Source: an uncultured Methanoregulaceae archaeon
GTDB lineage: Archaea > Halobacteriota > Methanomicrobia > Methanomicrobiales > Methanospirillaceae
Length of the DNA stretch: 64,000 nt
Assembly (NCBI GenBank): GCA_963705255.1
Contig: OY970061.1
Span: forward strand, 2,536,651 to 2,600,650
Reading direction: 5' to 3'
Below are positions 62,971 to 64,000 of this stretch, in pieces (position 1 is the stretch's first letter; every line of letters starts with the position of its first letter). The notes beneath the pieces were generated by a model. That model was not told the DNA's origin and ran no database searches. It was given only the letters and a program-made list of their open reading frames with translations. A program made the translations under genes and the position numbers.

Positions 62971-63998
62971 TAGGGGCTGTACTAGATTAGAGTTTTATAT
63001 ATCCCCCCACAGCCTCAACATTTCGAGTTGTTGCATGGGTGTTCTGTAATTAAACATGAACTCACACTTTGACGAGCCGCCGAGTGTAGCTCAGCTGCCC
63101 CAGCCGTTGACAATCCGCCGAATATCCCAGCTGCCTCACATCACCGCGCCATCAGCGCGAACACACCCCATCCAAGATATTCACGCGTGTACGCGGCGTA
63201 GCGTTTTGGTTCCAAAGTCAGTTTGGTTCTAACCTCTTTCGCGAAGTCGTCGTCGGGATTCGCTTCGAGCCATTGGCGCATGGTGAGCCACTTGGCCGCT
63301 TCGTACCTGTCCCAGCCTTCCTGGTCAGCCAGAACCATTTCCACAACATCGTAGTCGAGGTCGCTAAAAGACGCGAGAAGTTCTGGAAGCATGAGAAAGT
63401 CGGAGATAGAATTGGCAAAGCATTCCCTGGCAACGTCTTCCGTCGGGGGTAACCGCACCCAGTAGGGCTCGCCGATGAGGATGATTCCTTCGTGGCGGAG
63501 ACTCTTCGCCAGAAGCTCGATGGTGCCGGCGACGCCCCCACCGATCCACGTGGCACCGAGACAGGCTGCCACACCGACCTTTTCGTCGGCGACGTAGCCG
63601 GCAGCATTGCCCTGGATGAACTCGACTCGATCGGCAACTCCGAGTTCTTCAGCGCGGTGTTTCGCCTGCCCGGTGAACAACGGGCTCATGTCGATGCCGA
63701 CGCCGGTGATTCCGTAATCGCGTGCCCAGGTGCACAGCATCTCGCCCGAACCGCTGCCGAGGTCGAGCACACGAGCCCCCGGTTCCAGGCGCAACGCTGC
63801 GCCGAGAGTGGCGAGATTTTCTGGTGTGAACGGGTTATGGATGCGGTGAGCACTTTCGGTGATGTTGAAGATACGTGGGATGTCCAATGCACAACCTCCT
63901 TGTACTAATCTGTGTAATAACTGGAATATACCCTTAGTGACTGTTGTGGATAAGGGTTTTAAATATCACACAACAGCCTCAACGTTTCGAGTTGTTGC
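62971..63998. repeat. 64-bp direct repeats at 62971-63034 and 63935-63998
   Basis: Ungapped alignment 52/64 identical by manual count; 3' core ACAGCCTCAAC(A/G)TTTCGAGTTGTTGC. Confidence 0.85.
63141..63887 (-). CDS. Class I SAM-dependent methyltransferase, YjhP-like (bacterial type, TTG start)
   Basis: DIPRIF..ESAHRIHNPFT, VLDLGSGSGEMLCTWA, WDRYEAAKW; GGAGG SD. Confidence 0.9.
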   Translation of the reverse strand: MDIPRIFNITESAHRIHNPFTPENLATLGAALRLEPGARVLDLGSGSGEMLCTWARDYGITGVGIDMSPLFTGQAKHRAEELGVADRVEFIQGNAAGYVADEKVGVAACLGATWIGGGVAGTIELLAKSLRHEGIILIGEPYWVRLPPTEDVARECFANSISDFLMLPELLASFSDLDYDVVEMVLADQEGWDRYEAAKWLTMRQWLEANPDDDFAKEVRTKLTLEPKRYAAYTREYLGWGVFALMAR

Positions 63999-64000
63999 TT

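Overview
64 kb of chromosome from a hydrogenotrophic methanogen of the order Methanomicrobiales, most like Methanoregula (inferred from gene content: methanogenesis markers 2 and 4/MtxX, archaeal histone, GatDE, rpl10e, archaeal-type MAT, DUF2070/DUF555/DUF5350/DUF5806). Housekeeping blocks are xerA, tRNA-Gln(TTG), gatDE, argH, a NitT/TauT-type ABC transporter, the fumarase-korDABC-sucCD operon, mat-hisGAB and rfcL. Between them lie accessory blocks: redox/aldo-keto reductase clusters, a PKD surface protein, MNT/HEPN toxin-antitoxin pairs and a YjhP-like methyltransferase. About ten single-base frameshifts, several in core genes, look like sequencing errors. The most unusual signals are non-coding or missed by the ORF track: (1) a dispersed family of modular, covarying palindromic repeats (REP/BIME-like) at 7 or more loci, two of which form ~215-bp inverted repeats around a 4.2-kb cassette; (2) a region at 58.7-64 kb where single genes or TA pairs are bracketed by three different direct-repeat families, like a cassette array; (3) two divergent ribbon-helix-helix genes with the same YIGxR strand sharing a phased operator (cI/Cro-like switch); (4) a RuvC-only TnpB; (5) a duplicated 3' end of rpl10e bounding a two-gene insertion, followed by a 32-bp tandem array; (6) several structured ncRNA candidates; (7) a circularly permuted ABC binding protein. 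All family assignments come from motif recognition by eye; no database search was run.
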